Shown here piece by piece: positions 1 through 10,089 of a DNA stretch of 64,000 nt (its first letter is position 1; each line of letters begins with the position of its first letter). The stretch spans positions 12,716 through 76,715 of the forward strand of contig JAGXTJ010000034.1 in the NCBI GenBank assembly GCA_018333655.1, written 5' to 3'. Both the position numbers and the translations under genes were made by a program. The stretch comes from Bacillota bacterium. GTDB taxonomy: Bacteria > Bacillota > UBA994. The notes below the pieces were generated by a model, which had not been told where the DNA came from, made no database searches, and saw only the letters and a program-made list of their open reading frames with translations.

Positions 1-1957
1 GCCAACGTTCAGGGTGAACTGAGCCTGTAGGAGACCAAATAACGCCCTGCACCCGATTGGCGATCGCTGTAACTCCGGTGCGCTGGAACAGCCAGAAGTA
101 GGGCAGCTCGCGATTGAGGATGACGTCGATTTGCTGGTATATACGGCGGCGCTCAGCCATGTCGAGGGTGGCTCGGCCGGCATCGATAAGGGCATCAACC
201 TCCGCATTGCGGAATTGCGGGTCGTTAAAGCCGAGGGTGCGTCCAGCAGGGCTACGTGCAGCCTGAGAGGAGTGGAAGAAGCTGAACGGGTCGGGATCGA
301 CACCTAGTGACCACCCGCTCACGACTAAATCGAAGCGCCCGTGTTCCCAACGGTCAAGGAGGACCGACCATTCTAGAATTTCTTCAATTGTTTCTACGCC
401 GATGCGTCTCCAATAGCTGGCCATTAAGGTCACGACGTCGGTGCGAATGACATTGCCGGAATTTGTCTTGAGACGCAGGGTCAAACGCTGGCCGTCTTTC
501 ATACGCACGCCATCGCGGCTACCCGCCGGTACGCGCCAGCCCGCGGCATCCAGTAACTGCCGTGCTCTAACTGCGCTATGGGTGTATTCGTTAAGTCCCT
601 GTGCGCCAAAAGCCCAGGAAGTGGGAAGTTGGTGGCTGTGGATAACGCGGCCGCGGCGGTCAAGCACAGTTGCGATCATGGCTTCGCGATCGAGGCCTGT
701 CACTAGTGCTTCGCGCACCCGGCGGTCGCTTAAAATGGGGTGGTCAAGATTGACGGAGACATAGTCGTAAGCATGACTTGGCACTTCCCTAAAGTAGGCG
801 CGATTGGCGTGGTCGCGCAAAATGCGGTCGATGTGGTCGGTCATGAGGGCGCCGAACCAGTCTATGTCGCCGTTTTCCCAGGCGGCCTGCATAACGTTTA
901 GGTCAGGGTAGTTTCTAAAGATGACTGTTTCGATATAGGGGCGTGGCGACTGGAAAAACTGAGGGTTGCGTGTCATTTCGACAAACTGACCGGATACCCA
1001 GCGTGACAGTAGGTAGGGTCCGTTGGCGAGGGGGTTGCGGTTAAAGGCATGAGCGCGAAGTTCTCTTACTGGGACATTGCCGAGCACATGGTGCGGCAGT
1101 AGCCCTAGGCCGATGTTGAACAAGAAGGGGGCATCAACTTGCCGCATCTTGAAATCGACAATGCGGTCGTTGACGACAACGATCTCTTGCACATGGCGGA
1201 CGGCACCGCGCCGTGGTCCATCGTAGTCGGCATGTATGATTGAATCGAAGGTGAACTTGACGTCGCGTGCAGTAACGGGAACGCCGTCCTGCCACTTGGC
1301 GTTAGGGTTCAGCCAAAAGCGCCAGGTCAGTGTGGCGGGGTCCCATGCCCAACGGTCGGCGATGGCGTTCATGGGCTCGAGGTTCTCGCTTAGCCTGACA
1401 ATCCCCCAGTTGGTGCGTAAGTGGATCGCAGCCGAAGCTGTGTCGGAGGAGAGTATGGGGTTAAGAATGACTGGGTCCGCAGTGGCGCCAAATACCATGG
1501 AGCCGCCCACTCGAGGGGCAACATAGGGGGTGTGGTTGACCGTTACCGTCACTGCGCCGTCCCAAGTAACTTCTGCACCTAGCGCTTCAGCCACAAAGCG
1601 CAAGGGAACCATGGTCCTTCCCCCGACAATGGCGGGGGGTACCTCTAGTTGTCGCGATGGACCGTTTACCCAAGCGGTGCGGTTGCCAATTTGCAGCACC
1701 ACAGCCGATTCCCGCCGATAGGCGTTAATGGTGCTAGTGGCGTCTTCCCAGTGGACCTGTGCGCCGAGCGCTTCAAAGATGGCGCGCATGGGCACAAGGG
1801 TGCGTCCTTGCTCAATGCGTGGAGGCACTTCCATGGGTAGGGGCCTACCATTAATGAGGACGCGCCAGGGAGAGTTTGCTTGGGCGAAAGACAGGCCACT
1901 GAACAGTGCGACGACCATGAGAACGGCGAGAAGGCTGGCTAGGAATCGTTTGGGCAC
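1..1957 (-). CDS. Peptide/nickel ABC transporter substrate-binding protein (family 5) with N-terminal copper-amine-oxidase-like stalk domain; 3' end runs off the window
   Basis: Manual translation from GTG 1957 (GAGGAG RBS): signal peptide, stalk motifs GRTLVPMRAIFEALGA and GRTMVPLRFVAEALGA, then SBP5 motifs KWQDGVPVTARDVKFTF, GPY and DRRVREAL. Confidence 0.88.
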   Translation of the reverse strand, partial: MPKRFLASLLAVLMVVALFSGLSFAQANSPWRVLINGRPLPMEVPPRIEQGRTLVPMRAIFEALGAQVHWEDATSTINAYRRESAVVLQIGNRTAWVNGPSRQLEVPPAIVGGRTMVPLRFVAEALGAEVTWDGAVTVTVNHTPYVAPRVGGSMVFGATADPVILNPILSSDTASAAIHLRTNWGIVRLSENLEPMNAIADRWAWDPATLTWRFWLNPNAKWQDGVPVTARDVKFTFDSIIHADYDGPRRGAVRHVQEIVVVNDRIVDFKMRQVDAPFLFNIGLGLLPHHVLGNVPVRELRAHAFNRNPLANGPYLLSRWVSGQFVEMTRNPQFFQSPRPYIETVIFRNYPDLNVMQAAWENGDIDWFGALMTDHIDRILRDHANRAYFREVPSHAYDYVSVNLDHPILSDRRVREALVTGLDREAMIATVLDRRGRVIHSHQLPTSWAFGAQGLNEYTHSAVRARQLLDAAGWRVPAGSRDGVRMKDGQRLTLRLKTNSGNVIRTDVVTLMASYWRRIGVETIEEILEWSVLLDRWEHGRFDLVVSGWSLGVDPDPFSFFHSSQAARSPAGRTLGFNDPQFRNAEVDALIDAGRATLDMAERRRIYQQIDVILNRELPYFWLFQRTGVTAIANRVQGVIWSPTGSVHPERW

Positions 1958-2186
1958 AATTAATCACTCCTCTATTTGTTTTTGGGCAATGCCCCACTGG
2001 CAGGTTTTTGCGACAGGAAAAAAGTTCTTGTGCATAACATTTTAGCAACACAACAGGCCTTATAGTATTGAATATTGAGAAAGTAACAAAAACTTAATGT
2101 GATGATCGCAATTTCGACAATATTTGTGCAAGTTCCTGCATGTCGCTGCATATACTAAACAGGCATTAAGCAAAGGAGGTGTGGCC

Positions 2187-3554
2187 TTGGCAGAGAGGCG
2201 CGTTATGGTGACTATTTTATTGGTGGTGGTGCTATTTATCACATCACTAGGGGTGGGGAGTGCGATGCCACCGGCACATCGCATTGTCATTAATCTGCCA
2301 GCCTACCGGCTTTATCACTACGTAGGCGATGGGCGGGCAGGCGTGTACGATATTTCTATCGGCCATGTATCCACGCCTACCCCGGTAACGAGCAGTAATA
2401 GGCGCTTTGAGATTTTTCAAATGGTAAAAAACCCTGTGTGGCGTAATCCGCGTACGCGTCAGCTGGTGCCGCCTGGGCCTAGTAACCCTCTTGGTACGAG
2501 ATGGCTCGGTCTCATGAAAATTGACAGGGTAGTGCTCACCGGGCGCGAAACATGGGAAGCTTTGGCGCGTCAGTACAGAACCACGGTGACAGAAATATTG
2601 CGGGCCAACAACCTGCGCCAAGGTGCTGTGGTACGGGCGGGGCAGGTGGTGGAGATTCCTTATCACAATGGCTATGGTATTCATGGCACTAATGTACCTT
2701 TATCCATCGGTACGGCAGTATCGCTTGGCTGCATGCGCATGCGGAATGCAGACGTAGAAAGACTCTTTGACGCCTTGCCTAGTGGTCGTCGCGTTCCGGT
2801 AACAATTCTTTACGAGCCCTGGCGCGAGTACCGCGACTTGGTCTCTTTGGAGCCCTACATCGAAGTATTCTTTGATGTATATCGACGAGTGCCTGACTGG
2901 AGCGCAGGACTCACGGCAGCTGCGGCTCGCATCAATGCACCCATTTCGAGATGGCAACTCGAGGCGTTGCTGCAGCGATTTACAGGTTCGCACATCTTAA
3001 GTCACAGTCCCTTGGTGCACAACAACAACACCTTGGTCATGGTCGGTGCGCGCCATGTAGAGGGAGAATTCTACTTGCCGCCGAGAGTGGTGGAGCAGAT
3101 GCTAGGGGTCGAGTACCGTGCCGTCTACGGGGAGCATTTTCTGGGGGAGTGGCGGCTAAAGGAACGAGATATCTACCATAAGGAGACGGGGGTCCTGGTG
3201 TCGGCCCGTGTCATTTCGGAAATAGCAGGTAGAGCCTACTTCTTCGATGAGCTACGCAACACGCTTGAATTTTCCGTAACACGACTGGCTGTTCAGGGTA
3301 ATTTTCTTGGTTATAATCGTGTTTTGCTGCATCATGATGCTGGTCCGATGGTTGCTGTGGCGGATGTAGCGCCTCATCTCGGTCTTGCAGTGCAGGGGGC
3401 GCAAGAGGGACGAGTGCGAGTGGGGGGCCTTGAGTTAGTTGGTTTGTCTTTTGGTGAACAGACTTTTGTCTGTTTGCGCGAACTGCGCAGGCTGCCCCTA
3501 AACGCAGAGTGGGACCCGCGAAGCGGCTTGCTAGCCATCAGTCACAGGCGGTAG
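2187..3554 (+). CDS. L,D-transpeptidase (YkuD family) with an inserted LysM domain and a C-terminal stalk-like region
   Basis: [53 protein letters not shown] before TTG 2187. Confidence 0.85.
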   Translation: MAERRVMVTILLVVVLFITSLGVGSAMPPAHRIVINLPAYRLYHYVGDGRAGVYDISIGHVSTPTPVTSSNRRFEIFQMVKNPVWRNPRTRQLVPPGPSNPLGTRWLGLMKIDRVVLTGRETWEALARQYRTTVTEILRANNLRQGAVVRAGQVVEIPYHNGYGIHGTNVPLSIGTAVSLGCMRMRNADVERLFDALPSGRRVPVTILYEPWREYRDLVSLEPYIEVFFDVYRRVPDWSAGLTAAAARINAPISRWQLEALLQRFTGSHILSHSPLVHNNNTLVMVGARHVEGEFYLPPRVVEQMLGVEYRAVYGEHFLGEWRLKERDIYHKETGVLVSARVISEIAGRAYFFDELRNTLEFSVTRLAVQGNFLGYNRVLLHHDAGPMVAVADVAPHLGLAVQGAQEGRVRVGGLELVGLSFGEQTFVCLRELRRLPLNAEWDPRSGLLAISHRR

Positions 3555-3568
3555 TCATGGCTTGTCCT

Positions 3569-3598
3569 AGGCATCAGTTAGCTCTGATGCCTTTTTTT
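3569..3598 (+). terminator. Intrinsic terminator
   Basis: AGGCATCAG/CTGATGCCT stem followed by a T-tract. Confidence 0.8.
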
Positions 3599-3623
3599 CG
3601 TTAAGGCTGTTATAATGAAATTG

Positions 3624-3650
3624 GGAACTCGCAGGACTTAGAAAGCGTCA
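3624..3650 (+). promoter_or_regulatory. ECF sigma-type promoter (probably autoregulatory)
   Basis: GGAAC-N17-CGTCA upstream of the ECF sigma gene. Confidence 0.65.
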
Positions 3651-3700
3651 TTATATAAAGCGGTTCAGATAAAGCGGTTGAGAAAGGGCGTGGCAGTATC

Positions 3701-4327
3701 TTGCGCTCTCATGAAGATGACAGAGAATTAGTAGCTAAGTCTCTAAGGGGAGATACCGAGGCTTTTCGGACGATTGTGGAACGCTATCAAGAACGAGTGT
3801 ACAATGTGGCCTTTCAAATGACTGGCAGCCATGAAGATAGCTTGGATCTCGCCCAAGATAGCTTTTTGCGGGTTTTTCGTGCGCTCAGCAGTTTTAAGGG
3901 TGATAGTTCGCTTGGCACTTGGATACATCGCATTGCCCATAATATTGTGATTGATGAGCTCCGCAAGCGCCGTAGGCGCCCTGTTGTAGCCATGAGTACG
4001 GATACCGTAGTGATTACAGAGGACGGCGAACACATGCTTGAGTGGAGCGCACCTATGGATGAGGCTCCTGAAGAGCAGTTGTTGCGCGCGGAAAAGAAGC
4101 GCGAAATTGAGCAAGCTCTGCAAAGAATTTCGCCCGAACATAGGTCGGTTCTCGTCATGAGAGACATTGAAGGTTTGACGTACGAGGAGGTTGCGGAAGT
4201 GCTGGGCCTTAACGTCGGTACAGTAAAATCGCGCCTCAATCGGGCGCGTTTAGCGTTACGAGAAAAACTCAAGGTAATGGAACAAGGCACAGGAATGCGG
4301 CGTCTAATAGAACAGAAGGGGGGGTAG
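3701..4327 (+). CDS. ECF RNA polymerase sigma factor (SigW/RpoE-like)
   Basis: Region 2 DLAQDSFLRVFRALSSFKGDSSLGTWIHRIAHN; region 4 GLTYEEVAEVLGLNVGTVKSRLNRAR. Confidence 0.95.
   Translation: MRSHEDDRELVAKSLRGDTEAFRTIVERYQERVYNVAFQMTGSHEDSLDLAQDSFLRVFRALSSFKGDSSLGTWIHRIAHNIVIDELRKRRRRPVVAMSTDTVVITEDGEHMLEWSAPMDEAPEEQLLRAEKKREIEQALQRISPEHRSVLVMRDIEGLTYEEVAEVLGLNVGTVKSRLNRARLALREKLKVMEQGTGMRRLIEQKGG
4279..4308 (+). promoter_or_regulatory. Second ECF-type promoter inside the 3' end of the sigma gene, facing the anti-sigma gene
   Basis: GGAAC-N17-CGTCTAAT, with the same spacing as the upstream site. Confidence 0.6.
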
Positions 4328-4332
4328 TAGAT

Positions 4333-4911
4333 ATGAACTGCACTTGGGTCAAAAACAATCTCTGCGACATATTGGACGGTCTACTGCCTTCTGACACTGA
4401 GGAACAGTATCAGGAGCACTTGGCTGACTGTGCTGAATGCCGCATGTTGCTGGCAGAAATTGCTCTCGACCAGCAAGCCTTGACTAGTTTGCCCCGTGTG
4501 TCTCCACCCGCCGAACTGATTGCCGGTGTACTAAGCGCTATTCGCCAGCCTGTAAAAAAAGCTCTCTGGCCATTTTTTGCCCCTCGCTTTGCCCCTGTAG
4601 CCGCCGCGCTAGCGATTATGGTCCTAGGTCTCAATTTCTGGATGGCCTACTTTCCCCATCCGTCAGCGACTCGCGAATCGGCCCTGATTGAGACGCAGAT
4701 GGCGCCGCGCCTGTTTGTGGCCGGAGGCGAGGAACCGGATTCAGAAGCCCCTGCAGCGACGGACAAGAGAATGGGCACAGCATCGCTAGATGCCGCCAGC
4801 GAAAGTGCCCTGCCAGAGCGGCCCTCGTTCCTCCTTGTATCATCTGCGCTCGGTGGCAGTATTTTCGTGGTGTGGGGTGCCATCGTCTTAGTCTGGTATA
4901 AGCGTTCGTAG
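4333..4911 (+). CDS. Zinc-binding membrane anti-sigma factor (zf-HC2)
   Basis: MNC...HLADCAEC (HxxxCxxC), two hydrophobic segments, directly after the ECF sigma gene. Confidence 0.88.
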   Translation: MNCTWVKNNLCDILDGLLPSDTEEQYQEHLADCAECRMLLAEIALDQQALTSLPRVSPPAELIAGVLSAIRQPVKKALWPFFAPRFAPVAAALAIMVLGLNFWMAYFPHPSATRESALIETQMAPRLFVAGGEEPDSEAPAATDKRMGTASLDAASESALPERPSFLLVSSALGGSIFVVWGAIVLVWYKRS

Positions 4912-4933
4912 GAACACATGCTTCATTGTTAAT

Positions 4934-5013
4934 GCGACAGCGGGGACGGTTCTTTTTGTCGGTTTTTGCGACAAAAAGAACCGTCCCCGCTGTCGTGCCG
5001 TCCCCGCTGTCGC
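4934..5013. repeat. REP-like palindrome, copy 1, with a partial tandem duplication of the right arm
   Basis: 27-bp arms CGACAGCGGGGACGGTTCTTTTTGTCG / CGACAAAAAGAACCGTCCCCGCTGTCG with a 7-nt loop; near-identical copy at 16926. Confidence 0.9.
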
Positions 5014-5104
5014 TAATGTTGGGTAAAGTTTGCATACGCCCTTGTCGTGACATGGTAAAAGCATGTAATATTGTAACCAGAGCTAAGTTGTAAGGGGGTA
5101 TTTT

Positions 5105-5875
5105 ATGATCAATTTGCAGACAACGGCCTTCCTAGATATTAAACTAGGTGACGGGCAACTGTCTTTTGGCGAGAGCGTAAAATCAGTGGAACCGGCTTGC
5201 CGTACGTTAGATGAAGCGCGCTATGCCTTTCTGGACGCCGAAGTAGCTGGAAGAACAGATCTATACTACATGTATCGCGACGTGGCGCGGGAGATTGATC
5301 GTGCTCACCTGGCTAAGTATGGTCTACGTTTTGACATCACCGTCATTATGCCTGGGCTTATTGGGCAAGAATTTAACAAGACTGTGGGGCATTATCATCC
5401 CGTCAAGAGTGGGACTACATACACCTATCCAGAAGTGTACGAAGTGCTCTCTGGCGAGGCGACATATCTTTTGCAGCGCCCAGGGCCTCTGGTGGGTAGA
5501 GTGGCAGACGCTTATGTGGTTGTAGCGCGAGCAGGCGACAAAGTCGTTATTCCGCCCGGGTATGGACACATCACCATTAACGCCAAAAGCGTCCCGCTGG
5601 TGATGACGAACTGGGTAGCGGCCGATTTCGCTTCGGTGTATGGCGAGATTAAGGACCTCCGCGGGGGAGCATACTACCTGCTAGAAAAGAACTCTACTTC
5701 TCTGTGGATGCCTAATCCCCGGTATACGGGACTGCCTGCTTTGCGGTTTAGGGCTCAAGAAGACTATGCTCAATTTGGCCTAAAGGCCAGTGAGCCTATG
5801 TACAAGCTGATTTTCGAGTCTCCAGAAAACTTGCGCTTCCTTACACATCCCGAAGAATTTGCTTGGGTAGAGTAG
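5105..5875 (+). CDS. Glucose-6-phosphate isomerase, cupin (archaeal) type
   Basis: LRFDITVIMPG, EFNKTVGHYH, YPEVYEVLSG, VIPPGYGHITIN. Confidence 0.85.
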   Translation: MINLQTTAFLDIKLGDGQLSFGESVKSVEPACRTLDEARYAFLDAEVAGRTDLYYMYRDVAREIDRAHLAKYGLRFDITVIMPGLIGQEFNKTVGHYHPVKSGTTYTYPEVYEVLSGEATYLLQRPGPLVGRVADAYVVVARAGDKVVIPPGYGHITINAKSVPLVMTNWVAADFASVYGEIKDLRGGAYYLLEKNSTSLWMPNPRYTGLPALRFRAQEDYAQFGLKASEPMYKLIFESPENLRFLTHPEEFAWVE

Positions 5876-6045
5876 GAGATTCGCGTTTTCGTAGGCTTAG
5901 GCCACCGCACCCACAACGCCCGCCTGTGCACCTAGCAAGGCGGGCATTATCTTTACCCCCCGTCATACGCAACCTGTAAGGCTTTCTGCAGGTCAGCGGG
6001 GTTTGTAGTATACTAGCTTTAGTGATGATGTAGGATGGTGAGTTT

Positions 6046-8643
6046 ATGCCGCGCTTATTTTTGTTGGACGGATTCTCCCTAGCTTTTCGAGCTTTTTACG
6101 CCATAGACGTAGGGTTATCGACCAAGGATGGTCGTCCTACCAACGCCATATATGGTTTTGCGCTCATGCTCAACAAGCTGATTGAACACTACAAGCCAGA
6201 ATACATGGTGGCAGCCTTTGACCGTGGGCAACCTGTGGCCAGACTAGAGCGATACGCTGCCTACAAGGCGCAGCGTCCCAAGGCGCCTGAGGAATTGAGC
6301 CAGCAAATGGACTCCATCAAAGAGCTGCTCGCAGCATTCGGATGCCAAATATTAGAAGTAGAAGGCTACGAGGCGGATGATGTCATCGGCACTCTGACGG
6401 CAAGGGCTGAACAGGCGGGTATTCAGAGTGTGATTGTTACGAGTGACCGTGACAGCCTGCAGCTCGTTAGTCCACATGTTAAGGTTTTACTGACTAAGAA
6501 GGGTGTAAGCGAGACTGAACTTGTGGGTGAAAGTGAAGTGCGCGCCAAGTACGGCCTTGCTCCCGCCCAATTGATCGAGCTCAAAGCTTTTATGGGCGAC
6601 CCCTCAGACAATATTAAGGGAGTCAAGGGCATTGGTGAAAAGACGGCCCTCGCCCTTGTGCAGGAGTTTCACAGCGTGCAGGGTGTCTATGACAACATTG
6701 CCAATGTTAGCAAGGTAAGAGTGCGAGAGCTCTTGCAGGCAGGGCAGGAAGACGCTATGCTCAGCAAATTTCTCGCGACCATTGTCAGGGATGTCGCGTT
6801 CGATTTCGCCATGGAGGGCCTCTTGCCTAGAGAAACAGATGTCGCACGCTTAGCCATGCTGTACCGGGAGGTAGGGCTGAGTAGCTTGCTCTCACGGCTT
6901 CTAAGTCAGGCGCCTGCCCCCCTGCCTCCCGTTAATGACTCTCTTGTGGGAGAGGTGGTAGTGGCCAAGACGGCGGAGGACCTGACAGCCTATATTGCAC
7001 AGATTGACACGGCACGGCCAGTGGCCCTGTTTAAATCCGCGCCGCATTTCTTTGTGCTGGCTACTGGGAACCGCGCTCTAGCTGTGGAGACTCTAGGGCA
7101 GACTCTGCCGCCTAGCATGGAGAGGCTTCTGGCTGATGCTCGTCTGACGTGGGTAGTGAGCGGCTACAAGGAGCTCTTGGTGGACTTTAATAGGCGTGGC
7201 CTCACCTGGGCGGGTGAAGTTTTTGATATCGAGCTAGCAACCTACCTGCTCGACCCCACCCGTTCAAGCTACAGCGTGGGAGAGCTGGTGACACATTATC
7301 TAGATAAAACGATGGCTGACGATGCACAAGCTTTTGCTCTCCTCGCCCTAGAGCCAGTTTTAAGGGCGCAGCTTATCGAAAAAGAGCTTATCGACTTGTA
7401 CAGTCAAGTCGAGCTGCCTCTTAGTCGGGTGCTGGCTGAAATGGAGATCACCGGCATTGCGGTCGACAGTGGGGTTTTGCGAGAGATGGCCTGGCAAGCG
7501 AACCTGCGCCTTAAAGAAATCGTTACGGACATTTATGTTTTGGCGGGGGAGGAGTTTAACATCAGTTCCCCGAAGCAACTAGGGGTCATCCTCTTTGAAA
7601 AACTGAAGTTGCCCACTTCTAAAAAGACCAAAACCGGTTACTCCACCGATGCCGATGTCTTAGAGTCTTTAGCAGATCAACACCCTTTAGTCGGTAAGAT
7701 ACTTGAGCACCGTACGCTGGCCAAGCTGCATTCAACTTACTTGGAGGGACTACAAAAAGTAATTTCTCCTGTAGGCAGGATTCACACTACTTACAACCAG
7801 ACCGTAACCGCAACTGGGCGTTTGAGCAGCACAGAACCTAATTTGCAGAACATCCCCATCAGGCTGCCCGAGGGTCGGCTTATCCGCAAAGCCTTCAAGC
7901 CAGGGGCTAAGTTTACCCACATTTTAGCGGCTGATTATTCCCAGATTGAGCTACGCATCCTAGCGCATCTATCCAAGGACCCGATCTTGACCGCTGCTTT
8001 TTTACAGGGTGAAGACGTCCACCGCCGCACTGCCGCCGAAGTGTTCGGCGTAAGTCTAGATGAAGTCACCCCTAGCATGCGCGGGAGAGCTAAGGCCGTA
8101 AATTTTGGCATAGTCTATGGTATTAGTGATTATGGCCTGTCAAGGGACATCAAGGTAAGCCGCGCTGAAGCCAAGGCTTACATTGACAATTACTTCAAGC
8201 GCTATCGGGGCGTAAAGGAGTACATAGAGCGTACTATTGCCGAGGCCAGAGCTACAGGTTTTGTAACAACACTGCTGCATCGGCGGCGCTTTCTGCCCGA
8301 TATCAATAGCAAGAACTTCACTTTGCGCTCTTTTGCCGAGCGCACGGCTATGAATACGCCCATTCAGGGGACTGCAGCGGATTTGATCAAGCTTGCCATG
8401 GTAAAAATTGCTAGCGAACTCAAGCTTAAGGGTCTTTGCTCGCGCATGATTTTACAGGTGCACGATGAGCTAGTTTTTGAGACGACCGAAGCAGAGCTAA
8501 GCTTCTTAGCGCCCCTCGTGTGCCAAGCCATGGAGACAGCACTGGCACTAAGCGTTCCCTTGCAAGTGGACTTTAAGATGGGCTTAAACTGGTACGATCT
8601 TCGTCCCCTGACTATGGATAGGGCCGAGGCTCCACATGCCTGA
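6046..8643 (+). CDS. polA: DNA polymerase I
   Basis: 5'-3' exonuclease motifs (LLDG, EADDVIGT, GDPSDNI); polymerase motifs ADYSQIELRILAH, KAVNFGIVYG and QVHDELV. Confidence 0.98.
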   Translation: MPRLFLLDGFSLAFRAFYAIDVGLSTKDGRPTNAIYGFALMLNKLIEHYKPEYMVAAFDRGQPVARLERYAAYKAQRPKAPEELSQQMDSIKELLAAFGCQILEVEGYEADDVIGTLTARAEQAGIQSVIVTSDRDSLQLVSPHVKVLLTKKGVSETELVGESEVRAKYGLAPAQLIELKAFMGDPSDNIKGVKGIGEKTALALVQEFHSVQGVYDNIANVSKVRVRELLQAGQEDAMLSKFLATIVRDVAFDFAMEGLLPRETDVARLAMLYREVGLSSLLSRLLSQAPAPLPPVNDSLVGEVVVAKTAEDLTAYIAQIDTARPVALFKSAPHFFVLATGNRALAVETLGQTLPPSMERLLADARLTWVVSGYKELLVDFNRRGLTWAGEVFDIELATYLLDPTRSSYSVGELVTHYLDKTMADDAQAFALLALEPVLRAQLIEKELIDLYSQVELPLSRVLAEMEITGIAVDSGVLREMAWQANLRLKEIVTDIYVLAGEEFNISSPKQLGVILFEKLKLPTSKKTKTGYSTDADVLESLADQHPLVGKILEHRTLAKLHSTYLEGLQKVISPVGRIHTTYNQTVTATGRLSSTEPNLQNIPIRLPEGRLIRKAFKPGAKFTHILAADYSQIELRILAHLSKDPILTAAFLQGEDVHRRTAAEVFGVSLDEVTPSMRGRAKAVNFGIVYGISDYGLSRDIKVSRAEAKAYIDNYFKRYRGVKEYIERTIAEARATGFVTTLLHRRRFLPDINSKNFTLRSFAERTAMNTPIQGTAADLIKLAMVKIASELKLKGLCSRMILQVHDELVFETTEAELSFLAPLVCQAMETALALSVPLQVDFKMGLNWYDLRPLTMDRAEAPHA

Positions 8644-9460
8644 ACTGCCCGAAGTTGAAACTATACGCCGTAGTTTGTTGCCACATCTTGTGGGCTTGCC
8701 TATCTTGGGGTGCGAGATTTACCTCCCCAAGTTGCTACAAAATCTCAGTGCAGAAGAGTTTAGCCAAAGCATTAGAGGTCGCCATGTAGAAGACATCTTA
8801 AGGCGTGGCAAGTACCTTGTGCTCAGGCTCTCAGGTGGATATACGCTGGTGGTTCATTTGCGCATGACCGGGCAGTTGCGGTTTGTTCACGAAGATGCGC
8901 CGTGCCCGCCACATACGCATATTGTGCTTAAGTTTGCGGCAGGAATGGTGCTGCGTTACACTGACATTCGTCAGTTTGGTTACTGGTTTTTGGCCCCGGA
9001 TAGCGGAATCGAGCAGGTGGCACGCCTAGAGCGGCTCGGTGTAGAGCCGCTAGCTCTAGATTTTACTGTTGGGCATCTCGAGGCGCTATTGCGCGGTCGT
9101 AGGGGTAAGATTAAGGCAGTGCTGCTTGACCAAGCGCGAATAGCGGGAGTAGGTAACATTTATGCCGACGAAGCCCTGTTTGGGGCTGGTCTGCACCCTG
9201 CGCGTGCTGCCGGTAGCCTTGCCCCGGAGGAAATTGCGCGTTTGCATAGGCACTTGCAGGAGGTGCTGAATCAAGGTATTCTTATGCGTGGCACTACTCT
9301 GCGCGACTATGTCGATGGCTCTGGCGAGAGTGGCGGTTTTCAGCATAAACTAAAAGTATATGGGCAGAAGGGCCAGCCTTGCTCAAAATGTCAGACGCCA
9401 ATTGCACGCTTGGTCATCGCAGGTAGGGGCACGCATCTCTGCCCCAACTGTCAGGTATAG
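8636..9460 (+). CDS. mutM: Formamidopyrimidine-DNA glycosylase
   Basis: MPELPEVET, RRGKY, GNIYADE, C-terminal zinc finger. Confidence 0.98.
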   Translation: MPELPEVETIRRSLLPHLVGLPILGCEIYLPKLLQNLSAEEFSQSIRGRHVEDILRRGKYLVLRLSGGYTLVVHLRMTGQLRFVHEDAPCPPHTHIVLKFAAGMVLRYTDIRQFGYWFLAPDSGIEQVARLERLGVEPLALDFTVGHLEALLRGRRGKIKAVLLDQARIAGVGNIYADEALFGAGLHPARAAGSLAPEEIARLHRHLQEVLNQGILMRGTTLRDYVDGSGESGGFQHKLKVYGQKGQPCSKCQTPIARLVIAGRGTHLCPNCQV

Positions 9461-9484
9461 GGCAACGAGAAGGGGAGAGAGGGC

Positions 9485-10087
9485 ATGGCAGTTCTTATTG
9501 GCATAACCGGGGGTATCGGTACAGGCAAGTCGACGGTGGCGGGTATGTTAGCCGCACTTAAAGTCCCCATCGTAGACGCCGACAAAGTCGCGGCTGAATT
9601 AATGCAGCCCGGTGAGGACGTATATAACGAAGTAGTGACTCACTTTGGGCGTACCATACTGCGACCAAATGGCATGATTGACAGGGCGAAGCTAGGAGCC
9701 CTTGTTTTTGCCGACGGCGAGAAGCGGCGCTTACTCGAGAGCCTGTCTCATGGCAGGATATGGTCTGAAATGATGGAAATATTTCGCTCGCTAGAAGTCG
9801 TGGGGCATTGCGCAGTAGCTTTTGAAGTGCCCCTCTTATTTGAGGCAAAATTAAACCAACTTGTAGATGAAGTATGGGTGGTTGTGTGCACGCATGAGAC
9901 CCAGCTCCAGCGTGTTATGGCGCGCGACCTCTCGGAAGAAGAAGCCCTGGTGCGCATGGCGACGCAGATGCCGCTAGCTGAGAAAATAGAACTTGCCCAC
10001 AGGGTGATATACACCGAGGGTAGCCTTGGGGACACTAAGATGCAAGTGGAGCGCTACTACATGAGCATTTGCGGAGGCGAAAACTAA
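9485..10087 (+). CDS. coaE: Dephospho-CoA kinase
   Basis: GITGGIGTGKST, DAD, VPLLFE; polA-mutM-coaE gene order. Confidence 0.96.
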   Translation: MAVLIGITGGIGTGKSTVAGMLAALKVPIVDADKVAAELMQPGEDVYNEVVTHFGRTILRPNGMIDRAKLGALVFADGEKRRLLESLSHGRIWSEMMEIFRSLEVVGHCAVAFEVPLLFEAKLNQLVDEVWVVVCTHETQLQRVMARDLSEEEALVRMATQMPLAEKIELAHRVIYTEGSLGDTKMQVERYYMSICGGEN

Positions 10088-10089
10088 GC

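Noticed and set aside
5880..6040. Structured RNA upstream of polA
   Set aside because: Only a GCCCGCCT/AGGCGGGC hairpin was seen, with no recognisable RNA family.
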